DNA of 64,000 nt from Lytechinus pictus. Taxonomy: Eukaryota. The DNA lies in assembly GCF_037042905.1 (NCBI RefSeq), contig NC_087245.1, positions 13,704,001-13,768,000 of the forward strand, in the 5' to 3' direction. The translations under genes and the position numbers were made by a program. This document shows positions 21,524 through 35,800 of this stretch, piece by piece (positions within the stretch are counted from its first letter, which is position 1; every line of letters begins with the position of its first letter). The notes beneath the pieces were generated by a model. That model worked only from the letters and a program-made list of their open reading frames with translations. It was not told the DNA's origin and made no database searches.

Positions 21524-22826
21524 CAATGGCGCGTAGCCAGGGGGCGTGGGGGTGGTCGCCCCCCCAAAAAAAAACGCTCCCAAAAAATAATAAAAAAGAA
21601 GGGGAAAATTAAGGAGAAAAAGAAAAAGCGAAAGGAGAAAAGGGAAAAAAAGGTATAGCTTTTGTTGTTTTTTACTTCCTTTTTTGTCAAAAGAATAACA
21701 ACCTAAACGAGGCGTTCTTATCTCTTCATGCTAAAAATTTTGCCACATCTTTTTCTACTCCGTTTTCCCCCTTCCCGGCCATGGGAATCGTATATTCTTG
21801 CCAGAAATTATGAAGTATACATGGGTGTAAAGAGTATGAAAAGTATTTTCTTTATATTGCATTGACACAAAATTTTGGCTCTTCTGTTCGGAGCGGGTAA
21901 ACAGTACCGTCACTCCCCGAGTCCCCAAATGCTATTTCTTCCGTTTTTCAGCAAGTAATTTTTGGCAAAGTATATGCAAAAGTATGAACGATATTAAACT
22001 TTATTCTATATCACTGCACATCCATCTCCCGTCTTGTTTAGCGCCATTGATTTGAAATTTTGAATAATACTGAGCTTAATATGAGCGAATTTTGTTTCTT
22101 CTAAAATTAATCACAAAGGTTTCCGTGCTTCTCTAGCATGGGGAAAAAAATGTCCATCTTCTAGCTTGCATCATCCTTTTCACATTTTGAGCTCGTTTTT
22201 CTTCTTAATCGAGTTATATATAATCTAAGTAATATCAAAATTAGAAGAGGTTAAACTTTCAGATAATTTTCTAAAAATCAGAGCTTCAACGCCATTTTCG
22301 GGAAGGTATTGGGCCTCTTTACTTTCTGTATATACCCGTCTTCTACTCTGTTTTGCGATATGAGTTAACAGAATTTAATGGGGACAAACTTTTTACACTC
22401 AAATCTGATGTGACCAAGGTACAATAGGCATTTATTGTATCATTTCTGTTCTCTATGAAACGTTTTCAGCTTCAGCGCTTCGCGCGGTAAGAGGAATTAT
22501 TTCAAATTCTCCAATCTATTCCCATTTAGGGGCGCTTATAATTTCTTTTGAAAACAATTTTTTTTAAATCACAGCAAGTGAATATTCGAGTTGATAAGGG
22601 TACTAGAGACGCAAGAGACGCCTTTTCTTTTGATTTGAATTTGACGTGATATAAAAAACTTCGCGCTCCGCGCGGGAGGGGGGAAACTCCCAGGATTCTC
22701 GTCAGGGGGGGGGGGCAAAAAGGTCTTTCAAGCTCGTCAGGGGGGACAGGGATACATGCATGGGTGGTGGCTCGTCAGGGGGGCAGACTGCCCCTCTGCC
22801 CCCCCCCCCCCGTAGGTACGCTAGTG
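21524..22826. mobile_element. Second, inverted copy of the hAT-like element at 11260-12628, with a different right end
   Basis: 21530-22660 is the reverse complement (with divergence) of ~11380-12625, for example ttttggctcttctgtt.ggagcgggtaaaca and atctgatgtgaccaaggta. The right end is gtaggtacgctagtg and there is no matching TSD. Confidence 0.82.
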
Positions 22827-23028
22827 ATTGGAGGGGCACTGTATTGTAAGTGAACAATGCTGTGCCCTCTGATGCTTTGTCTCCTCCGGTTCAAGGTCCG
22901 CCACTGTCTGTAAGTGTTGGCACGCGGTTGCGCAGCATGGGGTGGGGAGGGGGCAGTTGTCCCCCTAGAAATGCCCCCTAGAAATTTTGAATTACATTTT
23001 TTACTGAAAATTTTCATTACTCAACAAA

Positions 23029-23064
23029 AGTAGTAGTAGTAGTAGTAGAAGTAGTAGTAGTAGT
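23029..23064. repeat. (GTA)n microsatellite
   Basis: Direct reading. Confidence 0.85.
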
Positions 23065-23149
23065 GGGGGATATATTGAGACCCCTTTGAGTCAAGAATAG
23101 GACTTGAGGTCGGCTATAGGTCCTGAGGATATTTTGAATATTTACCGAG

Positions 23150-23420
23150 CTTTAGGGAGAAGCTGCATCCCGCCTGTCGATCGTTTCGACAGTGGTTTAC
23201 GGTGCGCGGGACGGCGCGTCCGAACCCCACCCCGGCCACACCCATTTTTCTACCAATGAGACGATTGAACCCGACCTTCTCTCAGTCCGGTTGGGGCCCT
23301 GTGATAAATTATTGTGACAGGAGCAGTAACACGGAGCAGTATTAGTAAATTCCTTGCACTACTTGCCGATCAGCCCCGCGATCAGCAAGCGGTAATGCGA
23401 GCCTGTGAAACCCTCCGATC
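23150..23420 (+). promoter_or_regulatory. Putative CpG-rich promoter / 5' leader region of the CTDSP gene
   Basis: GC- and CpG-rich stretch with CCAAT (23253) upstream of the first coding exon. The TSS cannot be located from sequence. Confidence 0.45.
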
Positions 23421-23753
23421 GCTCAAAAAAGCCCCTTTCAGATGAGACCTACCAGATGTAACCCTGGATGTAACCCCCAAACCACACAGTCCACTGATCC
23501 GCTGACCACAATCGTCCTTTACTTGTAATGGAATGCCGCCAAATTTCGCAGAGGGTTTATTTACATCCGGGCTTCTGGTGCCTGAACCCGCTCCATGTAA
23601 ATTGATCCTATTATTTTCCCATAGAAAATGTTGACCCGAAACCTCCATTTTGGAACGAACGTAGTAAACTGTGCCGAGACTGCCAATGCTAGGATTACTA
23701 TCACATCGATTTCCAGTCAGATATTCTGTGAGATTGTCACGAAAGCACCCTAG

Positions 23754-23829
23754 ATGGAAAGTACTTCCATTATAACACAAGTAAACCGGGATGAGGAACA
23801 AATAAATAACTTTCCTACATCAGAATCAG
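23754..23829 (+). CDS. CTDSP: CTDSP first coding exon
   Basis: ATG GAA AGT ACT TCC ATT ATA ACA CAA GTA ... TCA G|gtgaga; IITQ matches vertebrate CTDSP N-termini. Confidence 0.87.
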
Positions 23830-26800
23830 GTGAGATTTGTGGCTTTTTTCGAAAGCTCGTCGTATGTTTTCAAAATTTCAGCGGGACGTCCATTGCTTTG
23901 AATGGAGCGCTTGGCCGCAGTTGTCCTGCAGCTGCACGCACGCACGCCCGCCCACAGAATTCCGTGTCACCAGTGACTCCAAGATTTGTTTTTCAATTTT
24001 GAATTACAGATAGATCTAGATCTAGTCGCACATATAGGAATAATATAGTCTATTATTTCAGCTTTTGATCAACATTGATGAATTATGCAACACTTTCTTG
24101 AAGAATTGCATGTTAAATGAATGTCTAGAGTAGAATAGATCTTAGAGTTAGACTAGAGTTAGACCAAAAAAAGCTTCGGTCTCTGTTAATTTTTATGTTG
24201 GTTGTTCCACTGAACTCCGTTGGCTCCACTCACCAAATACAGAGACCGAAGTTCTAGCGCGATCTGTACAGGGGACTCAATGGCCATATGTTTATGTATT
24301 AAGTTCGGATAAAACAGGGAAGTAAAGTTGCGCGACAGTCGAAGTAAGTCACTGTTTTTTCCCCTTTTAAGTTTTTTTTCCCTGTTTTGGTGCATTTCAG
24401 GCCAAAACGGAATAATCTTTATTTTGGTACAGTTCTTTTTAATTTTATATATTTTTATGAAATAAAGACAAAAATCGATGAGTCCCGTCGGGGGGATTTT
24501 GCAGTTGTTGTTGTTGTTGTTCGTTTTGGGCCTGTTTCACGCCCTAGTAAAGTAGTAGTAGTAGTCTCCTCGGTAGACACTTAGTGTTGAGAACTCAGTC
24601 AAAGGTAGAAAAACTGCTAGGTAATTGTTTTGTTGGCTAGTTTGGCTAGATGTTGCCGAAGTAATTTTGCATTGTTAAAAATGTTAACCCCCTAATGGTG
24701 GCTGCACGATATAGAGCTGTCTGTGTACGAGGATATATAAAAAAAAATTAAAATATTAAATACTCCTCGAAACAGACGGCTATCAGCTGTCTAAATAAAG
24801 TTATATTAAAACTTTGATTCTTTGGAAATGGGACTTGGAAGTTGGAGGCGGGAACTTTTGAGTTTTGAATTTTAATATTGAGCTGACCCTGATTGAAAAT
24901 GAAACCTGAGGCTGAGCCGAGCTGGGTTAGATCTACTCAGGCGATGGTTTGTATATACTACAGGCTCCACTACACCGCTCCACCTAACCGAACCCTCGGG
25001 CATGTCGGGGGACAAATACAAATTACAATGTATGGTTGGAACTACCCCTTATCGACCACCTAATTTTTTAAGCATCGTATCTATGAAAATATCAGTTTTA
25101 CCCAGTTTTCGTCTCATTTGTGCAGAAAATTGAGCAGTTCAGATTCCCATGTTTCGATCGGCGACTCCGATTCAATCCGCGTATATATCGGCGAACAACG
25201 AATACGACGATTTTATATTTGCTCATTTGCACCCTTCTTTTGAAACCGACCACCCGCGATACACTAAGTTTACGGCCGATTCTTATCGCGATGGCGAAAT
25301 ATTTTGGCTCTTCCAAATTAGTTCTACGATGTCAACATGCTAAATGATCGTCTCACTAGTTCCACATGACTCGACGATTGACGACGGATATTTGTTCTAA
25401 AGCCGCTTTCTATCGGAAACGGGGTGGGGTTCGGGTCTAGTCAAAACAATTTTGATAAATTCTACTAAATTTGTTTTTCCCCTTTTTCTCTCGTAAAATT
25501 AATTCTTGCCGTTCCTATGGACACTGCGCCTACTCTCCCGCGTGTATCATTTGCAATACGCAATAATTTCAATGCGCGCTAGGTGGTTGGTTTCATAAGA
25601 GGTGGTCGATAGGTGGTGGTCTCACTATACTCGCTCTCAAAAACCAGTGACAAACTGTGGCACTTTATGATAACAAAGCCAAAGGCATCATGACCAAAAC
25701 ATACATGCAGCTTACTCTACAGTGACTATCCGACACAGACTCACTCGCCCTTTCTTGTAAACGTCTCAAAATTGGTGATTTGAAGCCGGTTTGCGTTACC
25801 CCACACGTATTGATTTATCGCCGAATCAAAAATGGCGAACGCAAATTATTTGTGCATGGGTAAATAAGGCCCCCAGTTAAATTTTAGCTCATGTGAGTCA
25901 CGTCACTGTTCAAGTTTACCAGTGTCAATGGGATTGCTGTTTGTGTGGTGTTTGAGACAGTTACTTAGCACATATCTTGAGCATTAGCAATGTCTCTTCG
26001 CACAATGCAGATGTCTTGGAGGAGCACAAACTTACATGTACATGTAGCAGCACCTCATAATAAAAATTTTGAAAGTAGCATCGCCACTTTTAGGGAGGCT
26101 AGTACTGTACCCACCCAGTAATGTGTATTGAATTTCATCTTAGTTTACTTTTGTATTGTAGGGCATTATGGTACATACAAGTATGCCAGTTCTGTAGTCA
26201 AATTCACCACTTTCCCTCATATTTTCAGACTGGAAGGCTCTGAACGTAACATGCCTGATAGGGCAAATCAGGCCCTCCCCCCTGGATTAAAACAAAATCA
26301 ACACTATATGGTTACATCTCTTTGAACAATAAAATGCAGTGTAGACATCTCCACACTTGCTTTATATCTAGTGTCCTTTTCCAATAGAACATGGAGAAAC
26401 ATTTTAGGGAGGCAGCGTAGCTCAGTCAGTTAGAGCGCATGTTTCGGATAAGATCGTAGATCTCAATGTGAGGGGTTCGAGTCCTGCTCATGCCAAAACG
26501 CGTCTAACAAAAAATCTGATGCTATAGCATTGTGTGTAAGCATGCCTCACTACTGTATTCAGTGCAGGTGTGAATGCAGTTGGAAAACACTCCGTCCATC
26601 GGAAAGGACGCAAATGTTGGTCCCATGTATAGGAGAGTCACAACCTATGCACGTTAAACCAATGCACTATTCGTCAAAAAGTAGGGTGTTCACCCGGTGT
26701 ATTGCACCTGCCGGTCCCCGATACACAATACTGCAAGAATCTTCAGTATTGAAGGAGGCAGTCAGTGTAGCTTGAAGAACTTGAAGAACATAATAATAAT

Positions 26801-29800
26801 ATAACTACATGTATGATAGTTGAAAACACAAATCCGACAAGTAGTTTTTCGTAATATTTGATAGGATACATAAATAAATCATTCAATGGAGGCCTTTGGG
26901 AAAATAATTAAATATCAATCCTTAATTGTTACTCATGTTGTTAATAATTGTTACTAGTAAATGTTCAGTGATTGAATCAAATCAACTGAACTATTACATG
27001 TATTTGAATATATCTACATGTACACAAAATAGTTCTTAATCAAGGGGCCTCACTTTTCCCACTTCGATTGGGCAAATAACTAAATAAGGCCCCCTGACAG
27101 CGATATTTAATGCTCATTAATATGCAAATCCGATTGTTTAGATCTCATATTTCTATTGAACAATGTAAGTCTACTGTAGACCTTGTATTAGACAATCATG
27201 TTTCAACTGCTATGGATTAAAAAGACTATATGATTAGAGTTGTGGAATTATGAAAAAGGTTGCCTTATTTACCCCACTCTCCCCTAGATACATTGTACCA
27301 AGATCAATGTGTGTACAGTGCATGTACAAAAGAAACACTGACAACTCTGAAAATAAAGTTTACACAGTGACACAAACAATAATAACATTCCCAATATACC
27401 GGTACTGTACAAGCTGTTATTTTCGCGTACATAATTTTTCGCGACATTTTCGCGGGTTGTTAAATTCGCGATCAGAAGATGTACGAAACACTTCCACAGC
27501 ATTTCAAAGAAGCAAAACTATGCTCCTTAAAGTCCCCTTGCTGATGTGTCTTTTGTACATAAATATGTCCCTGTAAAAACAGAAAGTGTGGAAAAAAGTG
27601 GCTTAAATTTCACTTTTTTTTTGTACCTTTAGATCTGAAAGTTCATCATGTCACAATTTGATCTGTAAGAGTAATCTTTTGAAGTTGTGTTTTGTTAGAT
27701 TCACTTTTTAGAAAGTTGGTTTCAGTGCAAAAATGTTGATTTTTTTAAACAGAATCTTACACCTAAAAGCTCTGGTCATGTGACTTATGAATATTAATGA
27801 GTATGTAATGGCTGCCAATACGTGTGTATAGAGTCAATCAGATGACAATAAAATCAAATCATTTCATGGAAAATACATTGTAATATTACAGTGAGTGAAT
27901 GAATATTGATAGAATTACATGTACATGTTAGAAAATAGTGTAGGCTCTGATTTTGTTGGAGAAAAAAGGTAAATTCTAGCTAACTTTTTGAATCACTAAT
28001 TGTATTTTCTAAACCTTATTTTTTGTACATACATGATACATGTATAGAGGTGATTATCATGATTATTTCATTTAACAGGCTGTTTTCAATAGCAAAGCTT
28101 TGCTGTTGGAGATATTGGCACTGACTTTTAAAAATCAGCGAAAATGAAACCCCTGCGAAAATAACAGCTTATACAGTATATATATATATATATATATAGC
28201 TTTTTTTGCTTATAAATACTGCTGTAAAAGATATTAAAGAATCAAGGATTGTAAGTAAGATGTGTACATGTATTTCAGTCATACACTGTAAGCATGTACA
28301 TGTACAATGTACATGGTGCATGCATCATGCATGAGAGAACCATTTTTTATGAAAGTTGAAAGTATCATATCAAAGCTTTTCAAGTTATTGTTTTGATTCA
28401 TCCTTCTTAGTATAACATGCATGAAAAATTGATATAAAGCCTAAAGTGGAATTAAGATATTAAGACCTCAAATTTGTGGTTAAATTGTAGAATTGGTGGT
28501 GGCATTTTTCATACTCAAAGGTGTTACATGTACACATACATGGAAGAAATGTACATTGGCAATTAGGATTTACATTATTTGCAGCTATTGTAGTGTTGAT
28601 AATGTATCTGAGATTAAAAGGGGAAAAATTATATGAACACTGGGCCACTATACATATAATTTTAATCTTGTTTGTCTATTTTTGCATATTGTAGTTTTGT
28701 ACTATGTGAACTATTTTGCCTAGGGAAAGAAATAAATTGCAGATTTGCAGTGTGCATTTGTTTATAATTGCAAATGGTTAATACTGCTAATTGCACTGGG
28801 AAATGAACAACAGGAAAACATCTTCATCAAACCTGGAGAATGTCCCAAGTCACTGGCCTTGTATCAGGAAACCCTGATGTGAAGCATTAATTTGTTCTCA
28901 TTACCAGCCTTTTCAGATGAGAGTCATTTTGTGTGTTGTAGGGTGTACATGTAAGTGTACAGTATTTGAGGTCTGCTTTATCATTCAAAGTTTAAGAATT
29001 CATTTTTAAAAGTTTTAATTCATTTGTGAGATAAAATAATGATAACAATTTCATACTATGATATAAAATCTGACGTTTTAGGGTAAAATTTACAATTGCA
29101 AAACTTTTCTTTTTGGAATAAAAGGATTTCTTGAGCATGGAATCATACAATTTCTGAATACAATGCGTACTTCGTACCCTGATGTAAATATTTAAAATAT
29201 GGAATGTAACTAAAATTAAACATCACCATTCTCTTTTCTTATTATGTACATGTAAATGTAAATCAATTAATCTAATCAATCATTACACATAATTTATTAA
29301 AGCAAATAAAGTGATGTGCTCAATTCCAAATCATGTAATTTGATAATCAGGTGATGGTTTACAATTATTATTTTAGCTACTCTCAAATGTAAAATGCAAA
29401 GTGCAGTGTAAATGATCCATCTTTAAAGTTTCATTATTCAGATTTGAACATTGTAAACAAATTGTACCTGAATTTGAATGCACTGCAAACTGAACTTGTA
29501 TTACAAATGTATGATACATACATGTACAATCATTCTATTGGTGTGACTGAGTCACTGGACAATGACAAAAATCAGGCTTAAAATCATCATGTGAAAAGGC
29601 CAGGTCCTCAAAATCTCACACAGCACAACTGCAAGTCACACAGATCTGTGGAGTGGGTGGTCAGATTGGCTCAATCAATGTGTGTAGATCTGTACTGTAC
29701 CTGCATTGGCAATATTCACAGGTCAGATAATTAGGATGCATCTTTATCAATGCTAATTGATGAATGCATTGTAATGAATCTGATATTACAGTCTAGTACT

Positions 29801-32800
29801 TGACATCAATGTCACATCAAGCCCCCTTTTTTATTTTTCGAAGTCTTGGCAACGGTTCATCTTCAATGATAAATTCTTGTTGAGACCCACTTCACATAGC
29901 TTCTGAATTAATGAGAAAAAAGAGGTACAGGTACATGTACATGTATGTCAACAAAAGGGGAAGTTTGAACCACTACATTCTGAAATTGTTTACAAGTGGG
30001 CAATTCATGAATTTAGAAATTTGTAATTTCTGATGTGATCAAATAGATGGAAATTATGAAAAAATTATACATACATATAAACTGTGTGTCAGTGAATACT
30101 ATTCACTGACACATAACACACAGTGTACATGTATATGTATGCTTATATTTTTTTTTCATAACTTCCATCTATTAGCACCTGATAGAAAATTTTATCATAA
30201 TTTTTTTTTTGGGGGGAGGGGGTTGAACTAAATCCATGTTTCAAGGAAAAAAAAAATGTTGGTTTTATTCAGCCATAGTGTATCAATGAGGAAGTATAAA
30301 ATCAGTAAAAATAAAGATGTTCACTACATTGTATATCTGATATCAATTATTTTTCATAAAACTCTACCACATAAAGCAAATGCATACAAATTCTGTAGAG
30401 GCATGATGTGCACCAGAAGTGAAACCATGCTAGTAAACAATGTACCGTACTGTATTCAGTGTATAAAACAAAGAAAATATTACATTTATTATGAAATGTG
30501 TATGTACTGTATTTTTATGTACCGGTATATATCCATTAAGAAGGGAAGTTCCCAAGCACTTACACTGTACAGTATACATGTACATGCACATATTTCTAGT
30601 GATTTTGACTGCCTGTACACCATGTGAATCTTTTATTGGCATAGAGATTTCCCTCATGTCATAATTTGTCAGCCCCCTCTCTGATTACTCACATGAGGAA
30701 GCCGGAAGTTGTCACTTGCCTACAACGTTCTGAAAACTCAGTCTTCTTTTTACACTCATACATCCCCCTATCTCAACTTTGTCATGGACTCGAAACGCAA
30801 TTTCACCACCTTATCATACATATACATGTAGGTCTATGTGTTTCAATGTAATCCATTCTGTTGTACATGTACATGTATGTATGCACCATCTCCTGGCAGT
30901 GATTGGAGGGGGAGGGAGCAGTACAACAGCCCATGCTCATGTAATAGTGTAATTGATTGAACGGCAGGCATATGTGTGGTGATGGGATGGGTATAGGACA
31001 GAGACTTGATGGGGAGAGTGGACAAGCTCTTTTGCAAGGTCATGATGAGGTCATTTTCATGTGTACAGGAGCTCCCAGTGCTAGCCTGTGGTAGCATGAA
31101 TCATACCTGGAATTTGCATCTTCCTGTAGTTAGGCTATACTACAAGTATAGGAAAATAGAAAAAAATGCATACATGTACATAAAAGTGTCATAGAATGAA
31201 TGGTATACCTTCTTGATGTTATTAAACTAGAAATTATGCCTTGATATCCCATTCATGATCTAGCCATCCAGAGCTACATGTACAGTCATACCTGGAATTT
31301 GCATCTTCCTGTACTGTGTGTACACTGTACATGTACATGTAGTTTGATACACTACTATTATAAAAGGTAGATAGCCTATAGAAAAAAAAACACCAACAAA
31401 CAAAATGCATAAGAATAATACACATAATGTAAGTTCATGTATTATTTTTATGCATTTTGCTTAAAAGCATCATGAAAAATTGAATGAATTTGAAACTTTC
31501 ACTGCTGTGGTACATGTAGCTACATGTACACATGTACATGTGCAGTGTAGTAAATTGGTACAGTGATACTGTTTGGTGCCACTGCCGGTAAAAATAGAGG
31601 TGCACTAATGACTGGGGTAAAAAAAATGACAACATTGAAATGGTATTAAGGTAAAATGACAGAGGTAAGAATGGCTAAGGGTAACAATGGCAGAGTGGTA
31701 AAATAATGATAAAATTGACATGGGTAAAATCATAAAAACTATTACATGTATGTATTCTTCAAACTGAAAACAAGCCTTTGCCCATTCTAGGTGGTTGCTG
31801 GAGTCCATCATGTTTTGTCTGATGGATCAACTTCCATCAACTACATGTACCTATTAAAAGTGCATCTCAAAATAAATATGAAAGAACTATTTGAGGGATC
31901 AACTCCAAACTTGGCTCATGCATGTACAATGTACATGTATATTAGAATGATAATGATCTGATTAGAATTTTGGGTCACGAGGTCAAAGGTCTTACTGGTC
32001 ATAAATGTATGTGTTGTATATCTTGAAAATGACATTCTTGTGATTACAAAATCCTTTTTGAGGGATCAATTTGAAGCTTGGATCATGTATGCATACAGTA
32101 TGTATTTATGCCATAGGAGTGACAATGATTATGGGCTCATGAGGTCAAAGGTCATAGAGGCCATACATGTATACCTAGATGTGAAATTATCTTGTTCTTG
32201 TGATAATAAAAGAAATGTTTGAGGGATAAATTTTTAACTTGTTCATATTCGTACTAGAATTAGAGGGACAACAATCTCATTAGATTTTAGAGTCACAGGG
32301 TGATGTTAAAGGTCACAGACGTAATTACCTAAAAGTATCACATTCTTGATCTCATGTTCATGTCCATGTAGCTCTACTGATTGATTCTTATTTGGATTTG
32401 ACAATTACAATTTTTTTTTTCAATTTGCGATTTGTACTGGTTTGTGTGTCTGAGGAAAGAGCGATTGACACACAGACCTCTTATGTTAGTGACCATGAAT
32501 TATGAAACATTGAATGAAAGATACTAATGGATTGAAAATACATGCATTGTAGGCACATGGATTTTTGTTTCTTTTCTAATATCTACATGTATGTTTGTTG
32601 CTCTGAATCAAGGCCAAACCAAAATATAACTACATGTACATTACAGGTAGTGTACAATACCTGTATATGACGTTAAGCAGTGACATGTAAACAAACCATA
32701 CAATCCATTGAATCCACGTAGTATCTTTTTTGGTACAGCACTGAAAAAATAAATTGCTCTTTGCATCATTCAAATTGAATTGTAGCCATGTGTGCAAATC

Positions 32801-35800
32801 GGCCACAACAACCCTGTAAACAAATATGCCCACCGTAAAGAGACCATAAAACTTGCCAATAATATTCTAAAATTACTATCAAAGGTTCAAAGTACAACCA
32901 TACATGTACATGCACACTCCTGTTTGCCAACTTGGATTAGGGTTTTTCTTTTCTATTGAAAGAGTGGTATGAACAGTGTATTCAAAAACATGAAAACAAA
33001 TATATTTTGCACTGGAATTCCTAGACTGTTTTGTGTTTTTTTTTTCTTCTTTTTCTATAACGTTTTATTCTGCTTGAATGTCTTTATAAATTAAGAAAAA
33101 GTAAAACAAAATTAGGGTAATATTTTAAAGTAAATATAACATGGGTTAAAGGTCAAGTCCACCACAGAAAAATATTGATTTGAATAAACAGAAAAATCAA
33201 ACTAGTATAACGCTGAAAATTTCATCAAAATTGGATGAAAACTAAGAAAGTTATGAAATTTTAAAGTTTCGCTTATTTTTCACAAAACAGTGACATGCAA
33301 ACGAGACAGTCGATGATGTCCCTCACTCACTATTTCTTTTGTTTTTTATTGTTTGAATTATACAATATTTCATTTTTTACAAATTTGACAATAGGGACCA
33401 ACTTGACTGAACTATATTAGTATTAAACAATGCTAATTCCACATGTTCAGGGAGGAATTAATTGTTGTTTCACTTTACAATGAGGAAAAAATTAGAATAT
33501 TTCATATTCCATATAATAAAATACAAAAGAAATAGTGAGTGGATGACGTCATCAGTCTCCTCATTTGCATACCGGCCAGGATGTGCATAGAACTGTTTTG
33601 TGAAATTAAGTGAAACTTTGAAATGTCATAACTTTCTTATTTTGCATCCGATTTTATTTCAGTGTTATGCTTGTTGGATTTTTCTCTTTTAATTCAAATC
33701 AACTTTTTGTTGGGGTGGACTCGTCCTTTAACAGCATTATATTAATTTTTATGTCGACTCCAAACTTCTGGGAGTGTGTTTTAAATCTTGTTTTTAAATT
33801 TGTGAACCCCCCCCCCCAAAAAAAAAAAGGGAATTTAATGTCAGTAAATTCCAATTCATGACTAGAGTGTATGTGTACATGTACATGTATACCTAAATAG
33901 CGTGTGATGTAATCTGTAAAATTGTAAATGATATGAAATTAAAATGTGTTTTGTTGGAATTTTGTAATATGAAAATTTATTTTGAATTGGATGACTGAAC
34001 AAAATGAAATATCTGGGCATTTGTTTTTTAATTTCTGAAAGCAGTTCTCAAGCATGGAATGGACTGAGAATTTCTGGATTGTCAACATTTGCTATCTGTC
34101 TAAATTTATTTTTTGCTGATAGGGCTACTTTAAAAGAGACATTATAATAAGAATAGGGTGCAAGATACTTTTGAAAAGTAGAAAAGAAATATCAGTTTAA
34201 AAAAATCTAAGATTGTTTAATGTTTATTGAGTATTGAGCTGTTACACATGTACATGTATATGTACATGTATTGTACAGTAATGCCTTTGTTATTTTGCCA
34301 ATTCATATTGCCTCAAGATATTTCACTGTACTGGATGATGATAATGATATTTTTTTCAGAATGCAATACATGTACATGTATTTCTATATGTATTTCATTT
34401 GATTAAAACTGTCTATCACATAGCCATTGGTCTTCTTGGCTCCTGCCTGCTCTTCCAAATCTAATTCCTTCAGGCAAAGAATCTATTCACTCTTACATGT
34501 ACATGTAACTGTTTCACAATGTGAGAAATTGATAAAAATATAATGCACAATACTGTGCTTTACATGTACATGTACAATTTAACTTGTGCTTTACCACACA
34601 ATGCAAAATATATACATGTATCTTTAAAAAAAAAAGGGCATACATGTACATGTACATGTAGTTTACAATTAAATGTATTAATGTACATTATTTATTTTTT
34701 CTCAAATGAAAACATTAAGTTGTAAACACTGTATGTGCATGTATGTGTTTGTGCATGTATACACATGTAAGCACTGTGTCCACAAGACTCCACAATATGT
34801 ATGTAAAGCCACAGATTAGCAATCTGACAGCTTTTGAAGTGGTTCTGTTGACTGTGGTGTGCTTTATGGAAGTGTGCAAAGAAGCTTAGAAAAATATGTA
34901 ACCAGTTGACAAGGTGAGAAATTGATAAAAATAAAGTGCATAATACTGTCGGTACAGTATGTACAATATACATGTAAGTAAGGTTTACCACACAATGCAA
35001 AATACATGGTGCATACATGTACATGTAGTTTAATACAATTAAATGTACATCATGTTTTTTTCTAAAATGAAAACATAAACACTGTACATGTGTTTGTTAG
35101 TGCATGTACGTATGCACTGTGTCCACAATATACATGTACATGTAAAGCCACAGATTAGCAATCTGACAGCTTTTGAAGTGGTTCTGTTGACTGTGGTGTT
35201 CTTTATTTGGAAGTGTTCAAAGAAGCTGTAGAAAACTTCTTTTGTACTCTAACATCCTATTTATAAGTACCCTGGTAAATGCCCCCAGTATAGAGAATTA
35301 GTAAAGCTGAGTATTGATTAGTTGATACACAATGTGTACCAGTGTACATACAAATACATGTACGTAAGTAACTATGCTGCAGTGTGGGTGGGTGGAGATG
35401 CATGTACGTTAACTGTTAAATTCATATCACATAAACATGTTCATATGTTCATACAGTTTATACATTTCTTAAATGTAAAGTGAGCATATGATGGACATGT
35501 ATTTACATGTTAAACAGTAGGCCTAATTGTGTACATGAATGAATGAAGAGTAAAGTACATGTATATGTAGTATTGTACATGGAACAAAATGTAAACATTC
35601 ACATGTACACAGTACAGGACATCTAAGTCTGTGTATACATGTACTGTAGGTCCCGACTCCCAACAATGTGCATACATGTACTGTACATGTACATGTGCTC
35701 TGGAGATTTTCTTAGAAAAAAGGAAGAATTATTAGATGGCATAGGGCATCACAATGTGACATATAGTAGGTCTACATGTACATGTGAAGTTTTACAATTC

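Noticed and set aside
20899..21690. Track ORFs with poly-Ser/Leu/Phe/Glu/Lys
   Set aside because: Translations of the (CTT/CCT)n tract and transposon end; no splice or domain support
23382..23801. 139-aa minus-strand ORF over the CTDSP start
   Set aside because: No recognisable domain; GC-rich leader sequence readily yields open frames
26410..26490. Possible tRNA gene
   Set aside because: A/B boxes are present, but there is no proper cloverleaf and the sequence continues into a SINE core and tail. The same applies to the heads at ~49640-49717 and ~57290-57364.
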